Assembly: GCA_902798595.1 (NCBI GenBank)
Contig: CADBXE010000002.1
Span: 49,531 to 113,530 of the forward strand
Reading direction: 5' to 3'
Source of the DNA: an uncultured Erysipelotrichaceae bacterium
GTDB taxonomy: Bacteria > Bacillota_I > Bacilli_A > RFN20 > CAG-826
DNA length: 64,000 nucleotides
Shown here: positions 47,010-56,293 of the stretch, one piece after another
Layout of the letters: each line of letters opens with the position of its first letter
Position numbering within the stretch: the stretch's first letter is position 1
Program-made: the position numbers and the translations under genes
The notes under the pieces: model-generated
Seen by the model: the letters and a program-made list of their open reading frames with translations, nothing else
Told to the model about the DNA's origin: nothing
Database searches by the model: none

Positions 47010-47939
47010 ATGGGTATTGTTTCTAAGGTCTACATTGAAAAGTTTGTTTGCCGTTATGATAAAGAAGTCGGTGTGCCTTATTATGTCTACACTGATTTTA
47101 AAGGTTTAAAGCAAGAAGCATATACTTTTACCAATTCCAAAGGAATTGAGATACATTATTTCTTTTATTATTACGATGATTTTAAGGATGATAAAATCAT
47201 TCTCTTTTTACCTGGCTTAGGTCCAGGTCATGCCTCCTATATGGCTGAAATCAATACCTTAGCGAAGCGTGGTTATAAAGTCTTAACTCTTGATTACACT
47301 GGATGTGGTGAATCTAAAGGTCCATATCTTGGTTCACTTAACACTCCAACAAGAGACACAATTGATTTACTTAACTTATTAAGTCTTGATAAACAACTTA
47401 TTGTCATGGGTCATTCTTTAGGTGGATTTACCGCTTTAAAGGTAGCGGCTCTTAAAAAAGAAATAACTAAAGTAGTAGTGATGTCTCCAATCGTTACGAT
47501 TAGACCAATGATTTATAATGCTTCCAAAAGTAAATTCATCACTCACTTTGTTTTGAAATACGAAAGAAAAGTGGAAAAGGAATATGATAAGATTGATTTA
47601 CCTAAGTATTTAGGTACCACTGAAGATAATATCTTATTCATCCAATCCACGGATGACCCAATGGTGCCTTATGAAACTTCCTTAAAAGTCGCAGAAGAGG
47701 CTCATAATCCTCACATCCAAACTGTTAAGTTTAACGACCGTAAGCATAATCCAAACTATACTGAATCAGCGATTCAATATATGAATGAAATCTTTGGGGC
47801 GTTCACTCGTCAGCTTAATGATAAAAAGATTATCAACGACGAAGAAAGAATTGCCTATTTCAAGGATGTATCAATTGATCGATTAACAGAACAGGATGAA
47901 GCGCTATTTAATCGAATCGAAGAGTTTATTAAGCAATAA
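47010..47939 (+). CDS. Alpha/beta hydrolase
   Basis: GHSLGG nucleophile elbow; 309 aa. Confidence 0.55.
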   Translation: MGIVSKVYIEKFVCRYDKEVGVPYYVYTDFKGLKQEAYTFTNSKGIEIHYFFYYYDDFKDDKIILFLPGLGPGHASYMAEINTLAKRGYKVLTLDYTGCGESKGPYLGSLNTPTRDTIDLLNLLSLDKQLIVMGHSLGGFTALKVAALKKEITKVVVMSPIVTIRPMIYNASKSKFITHFVLKYERKVEKEYDKIDLPKYLGTTEDNILFIQSTDDPMVPYETSLKVAEEAHNPHIQTVKFNDRKHNPNYTESAIQYMNEIFGAFTRQLNDKKIINDEERIAYFKDVSIDRLTEQDEALFNRIEEFIKQ

Positions 47940-47954
47940 CCATAAAAAACAAAA

Positions 47955-47990
47955 CAATATTACAAATTATCATATGTAATATGGTTTTTT
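47955..47990 (+). terminator. AT-rich hairpin terminator, followed by an extended -10 (TGCTATAAT at 47992-48000) for pheS
   Basis: CAATATTACA-aattatcata-TGTAATATGG (1 mismatch) plus TTTTTT. Confidence 0.4.
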
Positions 47991-48030
47991 GTGCTATAAT
48001 CTTAAAGCGATTTTATAAGCGAGGGTCTTT

Positions 48031-49068
48031 ATGGAAAATGAAAATTTATTAAAACTAAAGAACGCCGCTCTTAAGGAAATAGAAGAAGCTAACGGTGTTG
48101 ATTCTTTGAATGCTGTTAGAAATACATATTTATCTAAGAAAAGCGAATTATCTTCTTTAACTTCTCAAATCGGTCAATTACCACCAGAAGAAAGAAAATC
48201 CTTTGGTGCAGCTTTAACTGAAGTGAGAGTGGCCATTACTTCCGCCATTGAAGAGAAGATGACTTATTTAAAAAATAAGGAATTAAAAGAAAAGTTAGAA
48301 AAAGAGCAAATCGATATCTCTTTACCAGGCACATCTTATGATGTCGGTGGTCGTAACCCATTCTATGTCATCCGTGATGAAATGATTGATATCTTTTTAG
48401 GTATGGGCTTTGAAGTAGCCGATGGTCCTGAAGTGGAAAAAGATTTGTACAACTTCGAACTTTTAAATATCCCAAAAGATCACCCTGCTAGAGATATGCA
48501 AGACACCTTCTATATTAATGAAAATGAGTTGTTAAGAACTCATACTTCCCCAGTTCAAGCCAGAACCATGGAAGCTAAGAAAGGTGCTCCTATTAGAATT
48601 ATCTGCCCAGGCAAAACATACCGTAGAGACGATGATGATGCGACACACTCACATCAATTCGCGCAAATCGAAGGCTTAGTTATTGATAAGGGCATTAATA
48701 TTGGTCACTTAAAAGCGACCTTAGAACTATTCGCTAAAAAGATGTTTGGCGAAAAACGTGAAATCAGATTAAGAAGTAGCTACTTCCCATTTACTGAACC
48801 AAGTGTTGAAGTTGATATCACCTGCGCTAACTGTGGTGGTAAAGGCTGCAACATGTGTAAAGGTACAGGCTATATTGAAATCTTAGGTGCTGGTATGGTC
48901 CATCCAAATGTTCTTAAGATGAACGGCTATGATCCAGAACAATATAGTGGTTTCGCCTTTGGTGTGGGTATTGAACGTGTCGCCGTCTTAAGATACGGCA
49001 TTGACGACATCCGTAAGATTTATCAAAACGATGTCAGATTCTTGAAACAATTCAAGAAAATGAGCTAA
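48031..49068 (+). CDS. pheS: Phenylalanyl-tRNA synthetase alpha subunit
   Basis: Class II motifs; 345 aa. Confidence 0.9.
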   Translation: MENENLLKLKNAALKEIEEANGVDSLNAVRNTYLSKKSELSSLTSQIGQLPPEERKSFGAALTEVRVAITSAIEEKMTYLKNKELKEKLEKEQIDISLPGTSYDVGGRNPFYVIRDEMIDIFLGMGFEVADGPEVEKDLYNFELLNIPKDHPARDMQDTFYINENELLRTHTSPVQARTMEAKKGAPIRIICPGKTYRRDDDDATHSHQFAQIEGLVIDKGINIGHLKATLELFAKKMFGEKREIRLRSSYFPFTEPSVEVDITCANCGGKGCNMCKGTGYIEILGAGMVHPNVLKMNGYDPEQYSGFAFGVGIERVAVLRYGIDDIRKIYQNDVRFLKQFKKMS

Positions 49069-49087
49069 TGGTGGGAGGTCTAGAAGT

Positions 49088-51487
49088 ATGTTAGTTAGTT
49101 TAAAAAACGTTAATCAATATGTCTCTTTAGAAGGCTTATCACCAGAAGAAATCGCCAAGAAATTAACATTCGCTGGTGTTGAAGTTGAAGAAATCAGACG
49201 TTTAGCCGGTGGCACAAATCTTGTCATTGGTGAAATTAAAGAATGTGTCGCTCACCCAAATAGCGACCATCTCCATGTCTTACAAGTCAATCTTGGTGAG
49301 AAATATGGCACAACTCAAATTGTCTGTGGTGCCCCTAACGCACGCACGGGTTTAAAAGTTATTGTTGCGCGTGTAGGCGCTAAGCTCCCAGAAATCGAAA
49401 TCAAAGATGGTGTCATCCGTGGTGAAGCTAGCCATGGTATGTGCTGTTCACTTTTGGAACTCGGTGTTGACGCAAAATACTTAAGCGATTACCAAAAAGC
49501 TGGCATTGAAGAATTACCAGCCGATGCTCCTGTGGGTGAAGAAAATGTCTTAGGCTATTTAGGCTTAGACGATGTTGTCTTAAACTTAAACGTTTTAGCC
49601 AATCGTCCAGACTTATTAAGCATTTTCAACGTTGCCCGTGAACTCGGTGCTTTATTTGAAAGAAAAGTTACTTTACCAAAAGTAGAAACCAAAGAAGATT
49701 TCAAAACCAACTTAGTAGTGGGATCTAAAACAAATAGATGCACGCAATTCGCTGGTAAGGAAATTAAAGGTATCGTTACTAAACCATCACCAAAATGGAT
49801 GAGCGATTATCTCATGGCGATGGGCGTTCGTAGCATTAATAACATTGTCGATATTGGTAACTATGTCATGCTCATGACTGGTCAACCATTACATATGTAT
49901 GACGCAGACAAACTCGCGAAAGCGGAATTATACGCTCAAGATGATTATGAAGGTGATTTCGTTGCTCTCGATGAAAAGACCTACAAGATTATCAAAGGCG
50001 ATATCGTTATCTGCTGTGACAATAAACCAATGTGTTTAGGTGGTGTGATGGGCTCCTTAGCGTGCGCTGTTGATGAAAACACCAAGAACATTTACATTGA
50101 AGCTGCTTCTTTCGATGGCGCTTCAATCCGTCATACATCTAACCGTTTAGGTTTAGTCAGCGAATCTTCTCAAAGATTCGTCAAAGGTACAAATCACTTC
50201 CAAAGTGCATTTGTCTTAGACTATGCCGCCGAGTTAATTAATGAATTATGCGACGCTAAAGAAAATAGCAACGCTGTAAACTATCAAAGTGAAAAACCAA
50301 ACGATGAAAGAATCAAAACTTCTATTAAGAAGATTAACGATCGTTTAGGTACAGAATTCTCTAAAGAACAAATCGTTAACGTCTTAGAAAGACTTAACTT
50401 CGGTTTAGAATTTGTTAACGATAATGACTTTTTAGTCGCAGTGCCACAATATCGTTTAGATGTCACTTGTGATGCTGACTTAAGTGAAGAAGTGATTCGC
50501 TTGTTAGGTTTAGAAAATGTCCGTTCTATCTTGCCTTGCTTGGATACCAAAGTCGGTATGTTAACCGTGAGACAAAAACGCTTACAAAACATCCGTTCCT
50601 TCTTACTCGCTCAAGGCTTAGATGAATGTGTCACTTACTCTTTAGTTTCTAAAAAGAGAAAAGATGAATTCTCTTTATTAAATAAAGAAGAACATTACGT
50701 TATCTTGAACCCATTAACTGATGAAAGAGAAGTGTTCAGAACCCATATCTTAGGTTCCTTATTAAGCGTGGCTAGCTATAACGTTGCTAGACAAAATAAG
50801 AACTTAGCTTTATTTGAAACATCTAACATGATTAGTAAGGCTTCAAGAAGTGAACATTTAGCTATCGTCTTAGTTGGTCAAGATATTAGACAGGGTCTTT
50901 TAAGAAAAGAAAACTACACATTCTTCCATATGAAGGGTCTTGTGGAAGGTTTATTCACTGTCCTCGGTATTGAACCAACACGTTATAGATTTGATAGATT
51001 TGTCGATGAAGGCGATGAACTCCATCCAGGCAAAGCTGCTTCTATCGTTTTCCAAAACAAGAAGATTGGTGTTCTTGGTGAACTCCATCCAAACCAAATC
51101 GAAACATTCGATTTAGGTAAAACAAACGGCGTTGTTTTAGAACTCAATTTAGAAGCTTTACTCGAAGCGAAAGTCAGTGAAACAAAGATGGCACAAATCA
51201 GTAGATTCCCAAGCGTTTCTAGAGACTTAGCGTTTGTCTTAGACGCTAATATTGCTGCTGGTGACATCACTAGAGCAGTGAAGAAAGTCGGTGGCTCTTA
51301 TGTTGTCGGCTGTGAAGTCTTTGATATTTATCAAGGTACAGGCATTGCCGAAGGTAAGAAGTCCATGGCTATCTCTGTCACATACCGTAAAGATGAAGGT
51401 ACATTAACAGAAAAAGAAGTTAACGATGCCGAAGAAAAGATTAAGTTTGAATTATCTCGTAACTTCAAAGCGGAGATTCGTGGTTAA
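49088..51487 (+). CDS. pheT: Phenylalanyl-tRNA synthetase beta subunit
   Basis: tRNA-binding N-terminus, B3/4, B5, FDX-ACB domains; 799 aa. Confidence 0.9.
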   Translation: MLVSLKNVNQYVSLEGLSPEEIAKKLTFAGVEVEEIRRLAGGTNLVIGEIKECVAHPNSDHLHVLQVNLGEKYGTTQIVCGAPNARTGLKVIVARVGAKLPEIEIKDGVIRGEASHGMCCSLLELGVDAKYLSDYQKAGIEELPADAPVGEENVLGYLGLDDVVLNLNVLANRPDLLSIFNVARELGALFERKVTLPKVETKEDFKTNLVVGSKTNRCTQFAGKEIKGIVTKPSPKWMSDYLMAMGVRSINNIVDIGNYVMLMTGQPLHMYDADKLAKAELYAQDDYEGDFVALDEKTYKIIKGDIVICCDNKPMCLGGVMGSLACAVDENTKNIYIEAASFDGASIRHTSNRLGLVSESSQRFVKGTNHFQSAFVLDYAAELINELCDAKENSNAVNYQSEKPNDERIKTSIKKINDRLGTEFSKEQIVNVLERLNFGLEFVNDNDFLVAVPQYRLDVTCDADLSEEVIRLLGLENVRSILPCLDTKVGMLTVRQKRLQNIRSFLLAQGLDECVTYSLVSKKRKDEFSLLNKEEHYVILNPLTDEREVFRTHILGSLLSVASYNVARQNKNLALFETSNMISKASRSEHLAIVLVGQDIRQGLLRKENYTFFHMKGLVEGLFTVLGIEPTRYRFDRFVDEGDELHPGKAASIVFQNKKIGVLGELHPNQIETFDLGKTNGVVLELNLEALLEAKVSETKMAQISRFPSVSRDLAFVLDANIAAGDITRAVKKVGGSYVVGCEVFDIYQGTGIAEGKKSMAISVTYRKDEGTLTEKEVNDAEEKIKFELSRNFKAEIRG

Positions 51488-51987
51488 TGAAATTAAATAG
51501 AGCGATATTACCAGAAAGCAAAGCGGAAACTTTTGAAGAAGAAGTTGATTTTTCTAACTACCCATTTGATGAAAATCACGTTAGAAGAATTGATAATTGC
51601 TCCGTCAAAGTAGTGGCCACTGAATATGGTGATGTTCTCCAATGCCAAATCTCTGGTAAAGCCAGTGTCATTGCTTCTTGCTCATACACTTTAGAAGATG
51701 TGCCAATGGAAGTTAAATTCCGTGATTCCTTCTATTTCAGCGATGATGCAGAAGCCGAAAGTGAAGACTGCTACTATGAAGCAGGTGTGGAAATTGATTT
51801 AAATCCATACATTTTAGCCCTTATCCTTGCTGAAGTACCTCACACAATTGTTAAAAAAGGTGCCCAATTACCAAAAAGTGGTGATGGATATCGTGTGATG
51901 AGTGAAGAAGAATTACTTAAAGAAAAAAGCACAAAGAAAAATAGTGCATTCGATATCTTAGACACCATTGAGTTTGATGACAAATAG
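51487..51987 (+). CDS. DUF177/YceD-family protein
   Basis: 166 aa acidic protein with CSVKV...CQISG...SCSY Cys pattern; ATGA overlap with pheT; no rpmF follows. Confidence 0.45.
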   Translation: MKLNRAILPESKAETFEEEVDFSNYPFDENHVRRIDNCSVKVVATEYGDVLQCQISGKASVIASCSYTLEDVPMEVKFRDSFYFSDDAEAESEDCYYEAGVEIDLNPYILALILAEVPHTIVKKGAQLPKSGDGYRVMSEEELLKEKSTKKNSAFDILDTIEFDDK

Positions 51988-52016
51988 ATAAAGTAACTTC
52001 AAAGAAGTTAAAGCAT

Positions 52017-52048
52017 AAATCCCATCCGAAAAATGGGATTTTTTCTTT
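52017..52048 (+). terminator. Rho-independent terminator
   Basis: AAATCCCAT-CCGAAAA-ATGGGATTTTTTCTTT. Confidence 0.7.
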
Positions 52049-52073
52049 ATCTTAATATTTCTTTAAATATGTA

Positions 52074-52102
52074 TTGCATTTACCAATTCGCCGTGAAATA
52101 AT
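52074..52102 (+). promoter_or_regulatory. mraZ promoter (TTGCAT -17- TGaAATAAT extended -10)
   Basis: Hexamers read in the sequence ~40 nt ahead of the mraZ ATG. Confidence 0.4.
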
Positions 52103-52110
52103 ATAGGTAC

Positions 52111-52138
52111 CAGTGGTAATACCGTGGGAGAAAGTGGG
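52111..52138 (+). promoter_or_regulatory. MraZ operator: three direct GTGG(G/T) repeats at 52113, 52124, 52134 (10-11 bp phasing)
   Basis: cagTGGTaataccGTGGGagaaaGTGGGaaataATG; matches the AAAGTG[G/T]-type MraZ boxes described for Mollicutes and Firmicutes. Confidence 0.5.
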
Positions 52139-52143
52139 AAATA

Positions 52144-52575
52144 ATGTATTTCGGAAGTTTTACTCATAATCTTGATGAAAAAGGCCGTTTGATGATACCT
52201 CGCAAAATGCGTGAGGAATTAGGCTATAAGGTCTACATTATGAAGGGTTTTGAAGGCTCTCTCTCTTTATACAACGAAGAAAGATACCAAAAACTTGTCG
52301 AAGAATTCTCTAGACTCTCATTCAACCAATCGAAGGTTCGTGACTATTTACGTCTCCAATTCGCTTCTACATACGAAATGGAAGTCGATAAATTAGGCAG
52401 AGTCCAAATTCCAACCGCTCTACTTACCAAATACAACATCTCTAAAGAAGTTCTCGTTCTCGGCATCGGTGATCACATCGAAGTTTGGGATAAAGCCAAA
52501 TACGAAGAATATGAAAACAACATCAGAGATGAATTCGAAAGCATTGCTGAAAACATCGATGCTAAGAAGGAATAG
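52144..52575 (+). CDS. mraZ: Transcriptional regulator MraZ
   Basis: MYFGSFTHNLDEKGRLMIPRKMR and second DKLGRVQIP repeat. Confidence 0.85.
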   Translation: MYFGSFTHNLDEKGRLMIPRKMREELGYKVYIMKGFEGSLSLYNEERYQKLVEEFSRLSFNQSKVRDYLRLQFASTYEMEVDKLGRVQIPTALLTKYNISKEVLVLGIGDHIEVWDKAKYEEYENNIRDEFESIAENIDAKKE

Positions 52576-52578
52576 GGT

Positions 52579-53526
52579 ATGGCTGAACATATCCCCGTCC
52601 TTCTCAATGAAACAATCCAAGGACTAAACATCAAAGAATCTGGCACATACGTCGACCTCACTGTCGGAAGAGGTGGCCATAGTAGCGAAATATTGGCTCG
52701 CTTAAAAGACGGTCATCTCATCTGTGTTGACCAAGACGAGGAAGCTATCGTCGCTTCCACCGCCAGACTTAGTAAAATTTCAAACAGGTTTGAAATGGTG
52801 AGAGCTAACTTCTCAGAGCTAGAAACAATTCTCGCCAATCTAGGTATTAAAGAAGTTGATGGCATCCTTATGGATCTCGGTGTCTCCTCTCCACAGTTCG
52901 ATAAAGGAGAAAGAGGATTCTCTTATAAAGAAGACGCACGCTTAGATATGCGCATGGATCAAAGACAAGATCTCACAGCGTATCAAATCATTAATAATTA
53001 TGGTTTAGAAGATTTAACAAAAATCTTTCAAATATATGGCGAAGAGAAGTATTCATACTCCATCGCTAAAAACATCATTAAAGCTCGTGAGGCTAAACCA
53101 ATCGAAACAACATTAGAGTTAGTGGAGATTATCAAAAGAAGCAAGCCAATGAAAGAGCTTAAGAAAGTGGGGCATCCCGCTAAGCAAGTATTCCAAGCAT
53201 TAAGAATCGCCGTCAATGACGAACTTAATGTCCTTGAAAAGGCATTAACAGCCGCCTTAAAACATTTAAAACCAGGTGGAAGATTAGCCGTTATCACCTT
53301 CCACAGTGGTGAAGATAGAATAGTTAAAAACTATTTCAAAGAAGCGGCCATTAGCGAAGGCAACCGTATTGACGGCCCAATGCTAGAAAAAGAAAAAGAA
53401 TTCGACCTTATTAATCACAAACCGATTGTCGCTAGCGAAGCAGAATTAGAAATGAATCACAGAAGCGCTAGCGCAAAACTCAGAATTATTGCAAGGAAAG
53501 AAAGGAGGCAACAATCATGGTTATGA
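52579..53526 (+). CDS. rsmH: 16S rRNA (cytosine1402-N4)-methyltransferase
   Basis: HIPVLLNE, VDLTVGRGGHS, FHSGEDR motifs. Confidence 0.9.
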   Translation: MAEHIPVLLNETIQGLNIKESGTYVDLTVGRGGHSSEILARLKDGHLICVDQDEEAIVASTARLSKISNRFEMVRANFSELETILANLGIKEVDGILMDLGVSSPQFDKGERGFSYKEDARLDMRMDQRQDLTAYQIINNYGLEDLTKIFQIYGEEKYSYSIAKNIIKAREAKPIETTLELVEIIKRSKPMKELKKVGHPAKQVFQALRIAVNDELNVLEKALTAALKHLKPGGRLAVITFHSGEDRIVKNYFKEAAISEGNRIDGPMLEKEKEFDLINHKPIVASEAELEMNHRSASAKLRIIARKERRQQSWL

Positions 53527-53735
53527 AAGACAAATTAGTCAAATTCAATCACAAAGGCTTATATTACCAATTCAGAAAATTAGGTTTTATCTTCCTAGCT
53601 GTTATTTCAATTGGAACGATTGTTGCTGTTCCAACCTACATAACTATGCGTGAAATCGCTTCTCAAGCTCAGCACGCCGAGGCCGAAGAACCAGAGTTAT
53701 TAGAAGAAGATAGTATTGACCTATCCTCTTATTAA
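53517..53735 (+). CDS. Small single-TM protein in the FtsL position (72 aa)
   Basis: Basic N-terminus, one TM (IFLAVISIGTIVAV), acidic tail; overlaps the rsmH end. Confidence 0.4.
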   Translation: MVMKDKLVKFNHKGLYYQFRKLGFIFLAVISIGTIVAVPTYITMREIASQAQHAEAEEPELLEEDSIDLSSY

Positions 53736-53774
53736 TAAAAATTTCTCCTTATTTGTCCATTTCCCCATGGACTG

Positions 53775-53805
53775 AAGTCGTAGTGGACCCTATGACTTCT
53801 TTTTA
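53775..53805 (+). terminator. Hairpin terminator between the ftsL-like gene and ftsA
   Basis: GAAGTC-14 nt-GACTTC followed by TTTTT. Confidence 0.4.
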
Positions 53806-53957
53806 GTGTATAGACAAAATTAGTTGTTTTTCAGTATAAAAATAGTAAAAAGTAAGTTAAATATTATCTCAAAAGTCACTTTCTTAACTAATATATAGTT
53901 AATATGTTGTAATGTGAAAAAAAGTTATTTAGAATATAGTAAAGTTGGACTTTTATT

Positions 53958-55169
53958 ATGGATAAACCTATTGCCGCAATTGAACTTGGAAGCAAGAAAT
54001 TGAAATTAGTCGTCGGTTATGAAATCGATGGACAAGTATATGTGTTATACACCTTAACAAAACCTTATGGGTTCTGTATTGAGGGTGGCAACTTTGTGGA
54101 TGCCAATAAAGTGGCAGAGACAATCAAAAGCATCCGTGAATTCACCGATCCAAGCGCTAAGTTGAAACTTAACATTACCGATGTCCTTCTTTGCTTACCG
54201 CCTTATAGTTTAGGTATTTATCAAACCAGACAAGTTACAACTGTCGTGACTGAAGATAGTAAAATTAGTAACCTTGATATTAAAAATATCTATGCATTGA
54301 TTAGAAATAGTGCATATCCACTTAACGATAAAGCTTTAGTTGATGTTGTTCCTGAAAGTTTCACACTCGATCATGGACGTATCTTCGCTCGCCCACCTAT
54401 GGGTGAATCATCAAGCACGCTCACTGTTAGCGCGAAAGTGCAAACTCTTCCAAGCGTGTTGGTGGATAATTATCAAACAGTTCTTGCTAATGGCGGCATG
54501 ATTTCTAAAAGAAACGTTGTCTCTAGTTTAGCTGCTACAGAGCTTGTTTGTTCTTATCCAAATATGCCATCGAGTTTCATTCTCGTGGATATTGGTAGTA
54601 ATATTACAACTGTTTCCTTTGTTGGCAATGGTGCATTATATGGCTCAACATTCTTTGAATGGGGCGGAGATAACATTACTGAACGTATTATTGAGAAATT
54701 TAATATTAATGAAGCGGATGCGGAAAAATATAAAATCATGTACGGTATCGATTACCGCGAAATGAATTTCAAGGCTCCAATCTGCACAACTGATGATGGC
54801 AATGGTCAAGATGTTCACCATTATAACGACGAACTTAACACCATCATCAAAGGCGAACTCGATATCTTTGTTCAACAATTAAATGACGCAATTAATGATA
54901 TCGTCGCCCAACATGATAAATCATATCGCAGCTTCCCAATGATGCTCGTTGGTGGTGGCGCTGAATTAAATGGTTTAGTCCAATACATTACCCCTAAGGT
55001 TTTGAGTGAAACCGTAGAAGTCGTAAGACCTAAGACCTTAGGCGCTCGTAATGCGACATTCACTAATTGCTTAGGTGCAATTCTTACTTATAGTAAATAT
55101 CCAAACTTAAATGATGAATCACACCCACGTGTGGGTGTCCTTAGCCGAAACCCAGCTAACAATAAATAA
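53958..55169 (+). CDS. ftsA: Cell division protein FtsA
   Basis: Actin-fold IAAIELGSKKLKLVVG start; MLVGGGAELNGL. Confidence 0.8.
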   Translation: MDKPIAAIELGSKKLKLVVGYEIDGQVYVLYTLTKPYGFCIEGGNFVDANKVAETIKSIREFTDPSAKLKLNITDVLLCLPPYSLGIYQTRQVTTVVTEDSKISNLDIKNIYALIRNSAYPLNDKALVDVVPESFTLDHGRIFARPPMGESSSTLTVSAKVQTLPSVLVDNYQTVLANGGMISKRNVVSSLAATELVCSYPNMPSSFILVDIGSNITTVSFVGNGALYGSTFFEWGGDNITERIIEKFNINEADAEKYKIMYGIDYREMNFKAPICTTDDGNGQDVHHYNDELNTIIKGELDIFVQQLNDAINDIVAQHDKSYRSFPMMLVGGGAELNGLVQYITPKVLSETVEVVRPKTLGARNATFTNCLGAILTYSKYPNLNDESHPRVGVLSRNPANNK

Positions 55170-55183
55170 AGGAGAGAAAAGAT

Positions 55184-56293
55184 ATGCAAAATTATGATTT
55201 AGATAATTTCGAACCTGCGGCAAAGATTGTCGTAATTGGTGTTGGTGGCGCTGGCAACAACGCTGTCAATAGAATGATTGACGAAGAGATCGCCAATGTT
55301 GATTTCTGGGTGGCTAATACAGATAAACAAGCATTAAGTACAAGTAAATCTCTCCATCGTTTAATTTTGGGTCAAGAAATCACTGGTGGTTTAGGCGCTG
55401 GTGGTGAACCAGAAATCGGTGAAAAAGCCGCTGAAGCTAGTGCGGAAGACATTCGTGAAATCGTCAAAGACGCGAACATGGTCTTCGTTGCCGCTGGTAT
55501 GGGTGGTGGTACAGGTACAGGCGCAGCGCCTGTTGTGGCGCGTATCGCTCGTGATGCTGGTGCACTTGTTATCGCAATTGTCACACGTCCATTTACCTTT
55601 GAAGGCAAGAAGAGAGTCGTCAACTCTATTGCTGGCTTAAATAAACTTAAAGAAAACGTCGATGCAATCATCGTCGTCAGTAATGATAAACTCTTAATGA
55701 CCGCTGGCAATTCTTCTATCAGTTCTGCGTTCAATGAATCTGATAAAGTCTTGGCTCAATCTGTGAAAACTGTTGTTAACTTAATTCTTTTACCAGCCGT
55801 TATTAATCTTGACTTCGCTGATGTCCGTAATACCCTTAAGGATGCTGGTGTTAGTATGATCGGCTTTGGTGTTGGTTCAGGCCAAAACAGAGCTAAAGAC
55901 GCCGCTAACGCAGCCCTCAATTCCCCATTGTTAGAAGCTTCTATAAGTGGGGCTAGAAGAGCGATTGTTGCGGTGACATGCGGTCCTAACGTCTCATTAT
56001 TCGATGCTCAAGACACTGTTAACCTATTAATCAACGCATCTGGTCATGATGTCGATGTTAAATTCGGCGTTGCTATTAATGATCAACTTAACGATGAAAT
56101 CTTAGTGAGCGTCATCGCTAGTGACTTTGAAGAAGATTTTGACTTCTCAAAAACATCTTCTTACCAGGCACCTGTTCGCCCACAAGAAAATACTGTGTTC
56201 ACAACCCTCACCAAAGAAGAGGAAGAACCAAACGAAAAACCATCCGAAGATATGGATACCAATTCCATTCTTCCAGACTTCTTACAAAACTAA
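55184..56293 (+). CDS. ftsZ: Cell division GTPase FtsZ
   Basis: GVGGAGNNAV, GGGTGTGAAP tubulin signature. Confidence 0.9.
   Translation: MQNYDLDNFEPAAKIVVIGVGGAGNNAVNRMIDEEIANVDFWVANTDKQALSTSKSLHRLILGQEITGGLGAGGEPEIGEKAAEASAEDIREIVKDANMVFVAAGMGGGTGTGAAPVVARIARDAGALVIAIVTRPFTFEGKKRVVNSIAGLNKLKENVDAIIVVSNDKLLMTAGNSSISSAFNESDKVLAQSVKTVVNLILLPAVINLDFADVRNTLKDAGVSMIGFGVGSGQNRAKDAANAALNSPLLEASISGARRAIVAVTCGPNVSLFDAQDTVNLLINASGHDVDVKFGVAINDQLNDEILVSVIASDFEEDFDFSKTSSYQAPVRPQENTVFTTLTKEEEEPNEKPSEDMDTNSILPDFLQN

Noticed and set aside
47940-48030. T-box leader for pheS
   Set aside because: Only ~90 nt are available, and no T-box motif or antiterminator is present. The region holds a terminator plus an extended -10 promoter instead.
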